From positions 1,130-65,129 of the forward strand of contig JBHWPB010000075.1 of NCBI GenBank assembly GCA_043424675.1: 64,000 nucleotides of DNA. Reading direction: 5' to 3'. Of this stretch, positions 42,997 to 51,704 are shown one piece after another. Under the pieces are notes generated by a model that saw nothing but the letters and a program-made list of their open reading frames with translations, was not told the DNA's origin and searched no databases. Source of the DNA: Carnobacteriaceae bacterium. GTDB taxonomy: Bacteria > Bacillota > Bacilli > Lactobacillales > Carnobacteriaceae_A. Both the position numbers and the translations under genes were made by a program. Within the stretch, counting starts at the first letter, position 1. Each line of letters begins with the position of its first letter.

Positions 42997-43176
42997 GACC
43001 AGCCTCTCCTTACCCTCATCCCCTGGTTTGTATTTTCATCGTAAAGCTTTATTGGTCCCATCATATCTTAGCTGACTCCGATTTACCCGTATTTTCATCC
43101 CTAGCTTTCTCCCAGGAGGCATTGATCACGTCCAAACGCCTTCCTTAGTATCAAATCACTCATTTTCTTTAAAGTT

Positions 43177-43331
43177 ATCCACATCTTCGGGCGAGTAAGA
43201 CATTATTTTTTATACTGAACCACTGTCATACCAACGCTTTGAGGGCGGTTACTATGTTATCCACAGCTGAATCGAATGTATGTGGACAAGTGTCCTCACT
43301 GTAAGCCGTTTCATCCACAGCTTGTGGATAA
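43177..43331. promoter_or_regulatory. Cluster of five DnaA boxes (non-oriC DnaA-box cluster)
   Basis: TTATCCACA at 43177-43185 and 43257-43265. TGTGGATAA at 43323-43331. One-mismatch boxes TGTGGACAA at 43281-43289 and TCATCCACA at 43311-43319. Confidence 0.75.
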
Positions 43332-43456
43332 CTTTCTTTAATTGCCTCTCCGTTTTACCTCAATCGCCCGTGAGAATTCTCGGTACTTCAGTGCCGAGTA
43401 GTTCCTTTTAGCCTACCTTTACTAGAGGATTTTTCACTTTACTTTTCTTGATGAAG

Positions 43457-43492
43457 CTAAAAAGCGTGTAATCTTTCTAGGACTACACGCTT
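43457..43492 (-). terminator. Rho-independent terminator of htrA
   Basis: On the minus strand, AAGCGTGTA pairs with TACACGCTT and is followed by TTTT. Confidence 0.65.
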
Positions 43493-43518
43493 CATTCAAA
43501 AAGCTTCCATTCCTCCTA

Positions 43519-44724
43519 TCAGAAAGAACGCGCTTCTGCCGGTTGCATTGTTACTTCGACTGTCATAAGTTCTCCGTCTCTATAAAGTTCTATCTCAGCT
43601 GTTTCACTGACAGAAGTACTGTAGATATGTTGACGCAACTGAGTTGTATTTCTAACAGGGTCGCCGTTATAGCCTACGATGGTATCACCGGTCTGTATTC
43701 CCGCTGTGTCTGCTGCTGATCCTGTCTGAACATCGACCACAACGACACCTTCTGTTACATCTTCGGGGAGATTTAACTCGCTCGCTCTCTGTTCGGACGA
43801 GAAGTAAGATAAATCAATTTGTGTAATCCCTAGGAATGGTCGCACCACTTCTCCTCTTTCTTCTAACTGGTTCACGATATTGACAACTTCGTTACTTGGA
43901 ATAGAAAAGCCCATCCCTTCGACCGATGAAGAAGAGATTTTCATCGAGTTGATGCCGACAACCTGCCCAGCAATATTGACCAGCGCTCCTCCAGAGTTCC
44001 CTGGGTTGATGGCAGCATCTGTTTGAATCGCCGTTGTTTCCCAGTCCACCTGGCCGTCTCCATCGATGTCTACCGGCACTTGGCGGTCCTTGGCAGATAT
44101 AATACCTGAAGTCACACTTGAAGCAAATTCAGTTCCTAGAGGGGAGCCTATCGCGATGGCAGGTTCTCCGACGGTAAGGTTATCCGAATCGCCGAATTCA
44201 GCTACTTGAGTGACATTCTCTGCATCTATTGTTAAGACCGCTAAATCTGTCCATTGATCTGCTCCTATGAGTTCAGCTTCTACTTGAGTACCATCTTTTA
44301 AGAGAATATTGATAGCATCTGAGCCAGCAACCACATGATTATTGGTTACAAGATAAGCAGTGCCTCCTTCTACTTTATATAGGACACCGCTTCCTGTTCC
44401 TGCTTGCGTTAACGCGTCTTCTGACTGTTCAGGAGTCTCTGAAAAGAAATAATTTCCATAAGTACCTAAATCCAGCTCTTGCATATTGACTACAGAGACA
44501 ACAGCCTCATCCACTTTATCGACTGCATCCGTTATATCAGACGAAACGTCGACGCGAATTTCGGCAGTTTGGACATTTCCTTCTCCGTCCACATTAGTAG
44601 AATCTCCTACCTGCTCGTCATTCGCAGCGGTCTCTTCTCCACTTTCCGCTGTTTCCATGCCACATCCGACCAAAGTAATACTCAACAAGGAAGTCATTAA
44701 TAATTTTTTAATTGAATGATTCAT
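43519..44724 (-). CDS. htrA: HtrA/DegP-family serine protease with PDZ domain and a lipobox-type N-terminus
   Basis: 401 aa with catalytic GNSGGAL, a trypsin-like core and a C-terminal PDZ domain. The N-terminus is MNHSIKKLLMTSLLSITLVGC. Confidence 0.9.
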   Translation of the reverse strand: MNHSIKKLLMTSLLSITLVGCGMETAESGEETAANDEQVGDSTNVDGEGNVQTAEIRVDVSSDITDAVDKVDEAVVSVVNMQELDLGTYGNYFFSETPEQSEDALTQAGTGSGVLYKVEGGTAYLVTNNHVVAGSDAINILLKDGTQVEAELIGADQWTDLAVLTIDAENVTQVAEFGDSDNLTVGEPAIAIGSPLGTEFASSVTSGIISAKDRQVPVDIDGDGQVDWETTAIQTDAAINPGNSGGALVNIAGQVVGINSMKISSSSVEGMGFSIPSNEVVNIVNQLEERGEVVRPFLGITQIDLSYFSSEQRASELNLPEDVTEGVVVVDVQTGSAADTAGIQTGDTIVGYNGDPVRNTTQLRQHIYSTSVSETAEIELYRDGELMTVEVTMQPAEARSF

Positions 44725-44815
44725 GCTATTCTCCTTTATCCCTTCAAAAATTACCGGCGTTCTGTAAGATAGGAATATTCTAACACAAGACAGATCATTT
44801 GTAAGGCTTGACCCT

Positions 44816-45628
44816 TTAGACTCGGTGCAGGTCTGTTGCTTTCTCAGGGTGGGTATCGTACAGGAAGAAGTCGTAACCTATCCCTGTATCTTTTTCTACC
44901 AAGATATCCTTCACTGTGTCATGTGCAATGTTCACCATATTATTATTCTGACTTAAATGCCCCAGATAAACATTTGTTGTTTTATCCGAAACCATTTCAG
45001 AAAGTGCCAGAGCACCATCGTTGTTAGAAAGGTGGCCTTTATCTCCGAGGATTCTCTGTTTGATGTGCCAAGGATATTTTCCATAACGCAGCATTTCGAT
45101 ATCATGATTGCTTTCTACAAGATAACAATTCGCATCTTTCAAGAAACCACGCATACGGTCGCTCACATAGCCAGTGTCCGTCAACATGACGAAACGTCTA
45201 TCATTTTTTTGAAAAGTATAAAATTGCGGATCGACAGCGTCGTGCGAGACTCCGAAACTAGAGACATCGATATCTCCGATTGTCTTAGTCGTATCATTGT
45301 CGAATTCGAATTTTTGTTCATTTTTTAATTTCCCAATCTTACTTTCAGGCAATACTTCCCATGTCTTCTTATTCGCAAAAATAGGAAGATTATAACGTCT
45401 GCCTAAAACGCCTACTCCTTGAATATGATCACTATGTTCATGAGTGACAAGAATAGCGTCTAGATCTTCGGGTTTACGATCAATTTGCGCAAGCAGCTCT
45501 TCTGCTTTCTTTCCGCTTAAGCCGCAATCAATTAATAATTTCGTCTGTGCTGATTCTACATAAGTAATATTCCCCGTACTGCCACTTGCAAGAATACTGA
45601 CTTGTAAGCCCTCAAAAGACTGTTTCAC
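44816..45628 (-). CDS. walJ: Metallo-beta-lactamase-fold hydrolase WalJ (YycJ)
   Basis: 270 aa with HEHSDH, the last gene of the wal cluster before htrA. Confidence 0.9.
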   Translation of the reverse strand: MKQSFEGLQVSILASGSTGNITYVESAQTKLLIDCGLSGKKAEELLAQIDRKPEDLDAILVTHEHSDHIQGVGVLGRRYNLPIFANKKTWEVLPESKIGKLKNEQKFEFDNDTTKTIGDIDVSSFGVSHDAVDPQFYTFQKNDRRFVMLTDTGYVSDRMRGFLKDANCYLVESNHDIEMLRYGKYPWHIKQRILGDKGHLSNNDGALALSEMVSDKTTNVYLGHLSQNNNMVNIAHDTVKDILVEKDTGIGYDFFLYDTHPEKATDLHRV

Positions 45629-45665
45629 ATTAAAACTCCTTCTTATAACACTTAACTTTTATACT

Positions 45666-46502
45666 TTAACTTGAACTCGCTGCCTCTTCTCCAGGAATCG
45701 GCGGGAACTGTGTAATAACATTTCCTTTCGCTGCATCAACAAAGAGTGTGATTTGGTCTGTTTCGCTCAGAATTCTAACTGTCCAGACTGGAACATACAC
45801 GCTGATTTCTTCTAGACGTAAGGTTCTATAGTAAGATAAGACAGGTTGAACCACTGTCGATTCAGAAGGTATCTGGTTATTTCGATAGAGAATTTCAACT
45901 GCGTTTCGGTCTGTGATTAAGTCCAAACCATGCCCTTGACGTGTCATGGGACCGGCATAACGCTGTTCATAAGAAATGACATCGTAACGGCTGTCTAAAT
46001 TAAATACAATCGTTGAAGTCCCATCTAGCACAGGAATATCGTTCACCATCTGAACAAATAAAATCTGGCGGCCACTGGGATTATAGTAATAGAACTCGTA
46101 TTCTTCTCCATACAACACCCCGCCTCCCTCCATGAAGGCTTTGATCTTTTGAATATCGTTTTCTGTAAGATCTTCTCCTTCTGTCAGATCAATCGGCGAG
46201 GTCAAGATACTGCTGTATAAAGCGCCAGACTCATCAATCGCACCTGTTTGGTCCTCCAACTCAGAGACTTTGTCTTTCAGTAAGGCTTGATTATCAGCCT
46301 GCATGTTGGACAGTTTGTTTGTTTCATTAGAAAAATCAGGCAGCTCAATATCGGCTTCTTCCATGGCTTGGACAATATCAATAGATTTGGAATTAGGTTC
46401 TGTTTGGGTGTTCGTATTCCGATTGTAGAGGTTCCATAACAAAAGGATATTAAGTAGTAAAAAAGCGACAATCAGAATATTTAGCACCTTTTTTAAGTTC
46501 AC
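45666..46502 (-). CDS. walI: WalK-regulatory protein YycI (WalI)
   Basis: 278 aa with a single N-terminal TM helix and an extracytoplasmic domain, positioned between yycH and walJ. Confidence 0.8.
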   Translation of the reverse strand: MNLKKVLNILIVAFLLLNILLLWNLYNRNTNTQTEPNSKSIDIVQAMEEADIELPDFSNETNKLSNMQADNQALLKDKVSELEDQTGAIDESGALYSSILTSPIDLTEGEDLTENDIQKIKAFMEGGGVLYGEEYEFYYYNPSGRQILFVQMVNDIPVLDGTSTIVFNLDSRYDVISYEQRYAGPMTRQGHGLDLITDRNAVEILYRNNQIPSESTVVQPVLSYYRTLRLEEISVYVPVWTVRILSETDQITLFVDAAKGNVITQFPPIPGEEAASSS

Positions 46503-46516
46503 TTCCTGACTCCTCC

Positions 46517-47812
46517 TTAATTAATAAAGTCTCCAAGTGCATACCATCCTCCATTGTAGTCTACATACCATTCTGGAACGAAATGGACTATCCTGTCAGA
46601 TTCTTCACTATATTCCCAACTTAAGCCTATCCTGATTTCATTGATTAAACTGGCTTCTAAATCCACATTCTCTAAAATGTCGATAATTTGATAGCCATTT
46701 TCTAAAGTTTTGAGCTCGGGCGTTTCTTGCAGATCAATAGGAGTCTGAGCGACATTCAGAGAAAGTGCTAAGTGATATAAGGTTTTATTATGAACTCCTA
46801 TCTCAATCCTGCCCTCGCCCTCATCTCCCATTACAGGATATCCTTGGACATAACGTCTAAAAGTTGCTATTCTCTCTTCTTCATCATAGTTTTCAAATCG
46901 GACGGGCTGTAGCCAATTCTCAACTTGTAAGAGTGTCCGGTAACTTCTCTCTAAGATAGAGTTCATCGAAGTTTCAGGACTCGACGCACTTTGACGATTA
47001 TAAGTGAGTATATGGGTTACTTCGTTGATATAAAGTTCTGAATAATAATCTGTGTAACGGACCGTGTCTTCAAAATGTCTCACTTCTACACCATAAGTAT
47101 CTTCAAACAATATATCAACAAAAAAACTGTTAGGTAATTGTTCCACTAAAAAATCACGGTGAGGTACATTTACCTCTTCTACGGGCAGATAGAAAGGACG
47201 GCCCGTGATGTAAAAGAGCTGTTCTACTCTGGTCTGAATACTTTCGTCTTTCAAGACGTAAGCGAGGTAATGAGAGGAGACGTCTTCCAATTGGGTAAGA
47301 TAGGCTGTACTATCTTCTAAATCAACAAAAAAGACCCGGTTACTGTCGTCGATAGGTATGAAGATCATATCAAATGTTTCTTCTGCATATTCACCAGGAA
47401 AATCATCGAAAACATCGGAATAGAGGTCAAAAGGTATTTTCTCTTCAAAAAACAAAGTAATAGAGCTTTGAGTCATGGCTTCGCGAAGATCGAAATCTTC
47501 TGTAAGCATCAAACTTGAATAAGATAGTTCTCTTTCTGATTCGTTAAAGATTGAAAAGACATCATCCGGATTCAAAGAAAGTGCATGGTCTTCTTCACGA
47601 AGAATCACTTGCGAAGGCGCAAAGACAGAAGTGATCTCTCTATCAAAGGTAACCGCCTGGGGTGCGACAGTTTGCGTATTCGCTTCTTCTAGCTCCTCAC
47701 TTTCATCGGTATAGACAATTCGCCAGGATAAAAAGAAACTGACAAGAATTAAAAGAGCTAAAATTAATATGTTTATTTTATCCTTATTCATCTGACCACT
47801 CATCTTCGCCAA
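46517..47812 (-). CDS. walH: WalK-regulatory protein YycH (WalH)
   Basis: About 425-431 aa with a single N-terminal TM helix; overlaps the walK stop. Start uncertain: TTG 47812, ATG 47803 or ATG 47791. Confidence 0.8.
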   Translation of the reverse strand: MAKMSGQMNKDKINILILALLILVSFFLSWRIVYTDESEELEEANTQTVAPQAVTFDREITSVFAPSQVILREEDHALSLNPDDVFSIFNESERELSYSSLMLTEDFDLREAMTQSSITLFFEEKIPFDLYSDVFDDFPGEYAEETFDMIFIPIDDSNRVFFVDLEDSTAYLTQLEDVSSHYLAYVLKDESIQTRVEQLFYITGRPFYLPVEEVNVPHRDFLVEQLPNSFFVDILFEDTYGVEVRHFEDTVRYTDYYSELYINEVTHILTYNRQSASSPETSMNSILERSYRTLLQVENWLQPVRFENYDEEERIATFRRYVQGYPVMGDEGEGRIEIGVHNKTLYHLALSLNVAQTPIDLQETPELKTLENGYQIIDILENVDLEASLINEIRIGLSWEYSEESDRIVHFVPEWYVDYNGGWYALGDFIN

Positions 47813-49652
47813 AGCTGTCCATATCTTCGCAAGGGAGGGTGATTATAAAGGTCGTTCCTTCATTTTCTTTGCTTCGGGCCCAGATATGACCATGATGTTG
47901 TTCGATAACCTCTTTTGAGATTGCGAGTCCTAAACCAGAACCTCCCATTTCTCTCGAACGGGCCTTGTCTACGCGGTAAAATCTTGAGAAAATTCGCTGA
48001 AGATCTTTTTGTGAAATTCCGATTCCTTCATCCGCCACGGAAATCCTCACTTCGTTCCCTTCTCTCTTCATTGATACACGAATATTCCCACCCTCTATGG
48101 AATATTTAATCGCATTATTCATAATGTTGTCTAACACTTGTGTCATACGATCCTCATCCCCCATGATCCAGATTGATTCCTTAGGCAAGTCCCGTTCTAT
48201 CGTGTATTCTTTTCCACTTGTTTCTTCTGAAGCGATATACATATCAAAGCGGTCCAGCACAAAAGTAAGGAGAGCCGTTAAATCCATGATCTCCATGTTT
48301 AACCGATCCGACTCAGCATCGATGCGAGAAAGTTGCAGCAAGTCCTGAATCATGCGAATCATCCGGTCCGTTTCTTTTTGAGTGACTTCTAAAAATTTTG
48401 GAGCAATTTCTGGTTCTTTCCAAGCTCCGTCATTCAGTGCTTCTAAATAACTGCGCATACTTGTTAAAGGCGTTCTAAGCTCGTGAGAGACATTCGAAAC
48501 GAATTCTTTACGATCCTGTTCTAGACGTTCTTGTTCCGTGACATCGTGCAACACTGAAACTAAACCTTTGACCCGCATGGCTTCATCTTTAACTGTAGAA
48601 AAGTTCGCCTGAAGAATTTGATCATCAACATCCAAGAGAATCATAAAGTCTGTTTCAAATAAATCTTCAAAGTCATATTGGATGCCTAAAACTTCTGTCA
48701 ACATTTTGCCTTCTATTTCACCTTCTTTTGCTCCCAGTATCTCACGAGCCTTCTGATTGCTCAAAGTGATCTCGCCGGAAGAGTTCGTCGCTAAAACACC
48801 GTCTGACATATATTTCAACACACCATCTAAGCGTCTGCGCTCAGCGTCGATGGATTCTTGAGCGGTCGAGACTTTCATAGATAATTCATTGATCAGGAAA
48901 GCAAGTATTCCAATTTCATCGTGCCCCTGTACCTTGAGCTCTCCTGTGTAATCTCCGCTGGCTATATTCTTCGTTTCTGCCTGCATCTCGATAATGGGCT
49001 TTGAAATTGCCCGGGATATAGAATTTGCTAAAATAAGAGTCAGGATAATAGAAATCAATGAGGCCTGTAAAAAAATTTGAGTAATATTATCGACTTGAAC
49101 ATAGACCCGTTCTATATTTGTTGTCAGGCTGACCAGTCCTAAAATGTTATTAGGATCAGAGTTACTGTAGACAGGAGAGACGAGTTTCCATCTTCTGTCT
49201 TGGGAGGCAGGATCTCGATACTGCCGACTTACAGTATCTTCTACGAGAAGAGCCTGCTGAATATCTGGGTCGTCTGAAAGCTGGCCGATACTCCCTTGCT
49301 CGGTATTGTCACTTGTCCCGACAATAGTTAAATCGGGGAGCATGACTTCTGCCTTAATTGTCCCTGATCCGTCAAACTCACTCAACAAAGTGTTAATTTC
49401 TTGCTGAGGATTAATAGTATTGCCATTGTTCTCATTATTTCCATTCTCCAACATGAGGAGGTAAGGTTCCGCTGTGGTTTCAATAAAATCTACTTGAATG
49501 CTGCTGTCTTCTTTGTGACTTTCTACCAGCATTTCTTCTAACTGCGTAATAAAATTCGCCCCGATAAATTGCAGGGCGAATAGAATTAAAATCGTGATGA
49601 TTGCAGCAAGCTTAAAGTTGATTGATTCATACCATTTTAAGTTTGTATCCAT
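47784..49652 (-). CDS. walK: Essential cell-wall-metabolism sensor histidine kinase WalK
   Basis: 622 aa with two TM helices flanking an extracytoplasmic domain, HAMP and PAS domains, H-box SHELRTPL and ATPase G-box GGSGLGLAI. Confidence 0.93.
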   Translation of the reverse strand: MDTNLKWYESINFKLAAIITILILFALQFIGANFITQLEEMLVESHKEDSSIQVDFIETTAEPYLLMLENGNNENNGNTINPQQEINTLLSEFDGSGTIKAEVMLPDLTIVGTSDNTEQGSIGQLSDDPDIQQALLVEDTVSRQYRDPASQDRRWKLVSPVYSNSDPNNILGLVSLTTNIERVYVQVDNITQIFLQASLISIILTLILANSISRAISKPIIEMQAETKNIASGDYTGELKVQGHDEIGILAFLINELSMKVSTAQESIDAERRRLDGVLKYMSDGVLATNSSGEITLSNQKAREILGAKEGEIEGKMLTEVLGIQYDFEDLFETDFMILLDVDDQILQANFSTVKDEAMRVKGLVSVLHDVTEQERLEQDRKEFVSNVSHELRTPLTSMRSYLEALNDGAWKEPEIAPKFLEVTQKETDRMIRMIQDLLQLSRIDAESDRLNMEIMDLTALLTFVLDRFDMYIASEETSGKEYTIERDLPKESIWIMGDEDRMTQVLDNIMNNAIKYSIEGGNIRVSMKREGNEVRISVADEGIGISQKDLQRIFSRFYRVDKARSREMGGSGLGLAISKEVIEQHHGHIWARSKENEGTTFIITLPCEDMDSFGEDEWSDE

Positions 49653-49661
49653 AAGTTATTA

Positions 49662-50375
49662 TCACTCATCCTGTGCATTGGGGTCTCTAAGATAGTATCC
49701 TACACCCCTTCTTGTGATGATGTAAGTAGGATGGCTCGGTTCGTCTTCTATTTTCTCTCTCAGTCTGCGAATCGTAACATCGACTGTCCGCACATCTCCA
49801 AAATAATCATAGCCCCATACGGTTTCTAGTAGATTTTCACGTGTCATAACCTCTCCAGTATGTTTCGCAAGATAAAAGAGTAATTCGTATTCTCTATGCG
49901 TTAAATCTAAAGGCTCATCGTATTTCGATACCGAATAAGCTGCCGGATGAATCGTGAGATCTCCAACTTCAATGACTTTTAACTCCTGGTTTTCTTCTGC
50001 AGAAGCATGGTCTGTCGCTTGGCGACGCAGGTTAGCTTTCACTCTCGCTACAAGTTCGCGATTAGAGAAGGGTTTGGTCATATAATCATCGGCACCAAGT
50101 TCCAAACCTAATACTTTATCAATTTCTTGGTCTTTGGCGGTCACCATAATAATCGGCATGTCATAATCTTTTCTCACTCTGCGGCATACTTCCAGACCGT
50201 CTATTTTTGGAAGCATGATGTCTAATAAAATCAGATTAGGTTCATGTTCTTCGACCATTTCTATTGCTTCTTCACCATCGAAGGCTGTCAGGACTTCGTA
50301 CCCTTCATTTTCAAGGTTGAATTTTACGATATCTGAAATTGGCTTTTCGTCTTCTACAACTAATACTTGTTTCAA
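49662..50375 (-). CDS. walR: OmpR-family response regulator WalR
   Basis: TTG start at 50375, 7 nt after AGGAGG ((M)[12 protein letters not shown]...). Receiver domain with LILLDIMLP and a winged-helix C-terminus. The ORF-track N-terminal extension is implausible. Confidence 0.93.
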   Translation of the reverse strand: MKQVLVVEDEKPISDIVKFNLENEGYEVLTAFDGEEAIEMVEEHEPNLILLDIMLPKIDGLEVCRRVRKDYDMPIIMVTAKDQEIDKVLGLELGADDYMTKPFSNRELVARVKANLRRQATDHASAEENQELKVIEVGDLTIHPAAYSVSKYDEPLDLTHREYELLFYLAKHTGEVMTRENLLETVWGYDYFGDVRTVDVTIRRLREKIEDEPSHPTYIITRRGVGYYLRDPNAQDE

Positions 50376-50673
50376 GTATTTTCCTCCTAATCTTACAAAA
50401 AGAATCGGGCAAAGTATAATATTAGATAAGCACATTCTGCAAACTTCATTATACAAAAATTACACTTAAACCGCAATTTTCCTTAGCTTCTTTCCAGAAA
50501 AGCCGCTTCTTTTATTTTTTTCTGAAATCTTAAATTAAGCAGAGAAAGAAACAACACAAATTTAAAAATATTTTCCCTGAAAAACGCCGTTTTCTTTACC
50601 CTGCTCCCTCTTTCATGTTATTCTTAACTAGAGATGTCAACGAATGTATTAAAGTTGAAGGAAGTGAAAAGAT

Positions 50674-51120
50674 ATGACTTTAGGATATACCATCGCTCTT
50701 GCTATCTTTATAATTACAGTTATCGTCCTGATCTTTGCAGGTGTCAAAATTGCACGAGATATTTCCCGTGCCATGGAAAATATTCAAGAAACTCAAGAAG
50801 ATTTAGACGCAGTCAATCAGCACTTTACGGAAGAAATAGAATACCTCAGCAATAGATTTGAAGAACAGAAAAGCCGAGGCGAATCTATGGTTCAGGACTT
50901 TTCGGTGAAAGTACAGTCTTTCGACGCTCTTTCTAATGAGATAAAAGACTTAGAAAGAAACGTTGAGATGGTAAAAACTGAAAGTGCAGGTGCAAGCGAC
51001 GAACTACTTAAAGAGGCTAAAGAATATGCTAAGTATGAGCTGCCAAAGCAATGGGACAAAACAAAAAGAGTGGCCCAGCTTACTTATGAAAAACAGAAAA
51101 ATCGTTACGCTAGTAAATAA
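50674..51120 (+). CDS. DUF948-like membrane-anchored coiled-coil protein
   Basis: 148 aa with an N-terminal TM helix (IALAIFIITVIVLIFAGV) and a helical charged remainder. Paired with a YtxH-like gene, as is common in Bacilli. Confidence 0.6.
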   Translation: MTLGYTIALAIFIITVIVLIFAGVKIARDISRAMENIQETQEDLDAVNQHFTEEIEYLSNRFEEQKSRGESMVQDFSVKVQSFDALSNEIKDLERNVEMVKTESAGASDELLKEAKEYAKYELPKQWDKTKRVAQLTYEKQKNRYASK

Positions 51121-51135
51121 ATGGAGGGGTTAGAT

Positions 51136-51597
51136 ATGTCGAAGGGAAAAGACTTATTAAAAGGACTACTGGTGGGTGGTCTATCTGCAGGAGTTGCCTT
51201 GCTGTTTGCACCTAAATCAGGGAAAGAACTACGCGATGATATTAAAAACAATGCCAAAGACCTGGCAAAGAGTGGTGGAGTAGCTTTCGAAAACTTGTCT
51301 AAAGACATTCAAACGTCCATTCAAGAAGTTCAAGAAGAAGAAACGGTAACGAGAGAGTCTGATCAGAAAGCTTTAGAAGAAGCTATCATCCAGCAAGAAC
51401 AAGAAATCGCTGATGAAATCATTGCACACAGTGAAACGGCTGTGACAGAGGAAGGCGAGATTACGTCTATTGAACGCCCAAGCGGTGAAGTGGAAGAAAA
51501 AGAAGCAGAAGTAGGACATTTTGAGGCAACGCCTGAAGATGAGCTTACTGAAGCCTTAAAAGATCAAGACTTCGATGACTTATCAGAACTGGACTAA
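51136..51597 (+). CDS. YtxH-domain protein (general-stress-protein-like)
   Basis: The ATG at 51136 lies 6 nt after GGAGGGG. LLVGGLSAGVALLFAPKSGKELRDD is the YtxH signature. Acidic tail. Confidence 0.7.
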   Translation: MSKGKDLLKGLLVGGLSAGVALLFAPKSGKELRDDIKNNAKDLAKSGGVAFENLSKDIQTSIQEVQEEETVTRESDQKALEEAIIQQEQEIADEIIAHSETAVTEEGEITSIERPSGEVEEKEAEVGHFEATPEDELTEALKDQDFDDLSELD

Positions 51598-51619
51598 AAA
51601 TAAATACAAATCAAGAAAC

Positions 51620-51670
51620 CTCTCCTTCTTATCCACTCCATGATGAGTGTGTAAGAAGGAGAGATTTTAT
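51620..51670 (+). terminator. Terminator after the YtxH-like gene
   Basis: CTCTCCTTCTTA pairs with TAAGAAGGAGAG and is followed by ATTTTATTT. Confidence 0.6.
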
Positions 51671-51704
51671 TTCATTCTGTTGTACTTTAGGAAAATGACT
51701 CATC

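Noticed and set aside
43000-43518. Possibility that the DnaA-box spacer is the chromosomal origin oriC
   Set aside because: No dnaA, dnaN or rpmH is adjacent. Genes on both sides are on the same (minus) strand, so there is no orientation switch. I saw no clear AT-rich unwinding element with DnaA-trio-like repeats. It fits a secondary DnaA-box cluster better.
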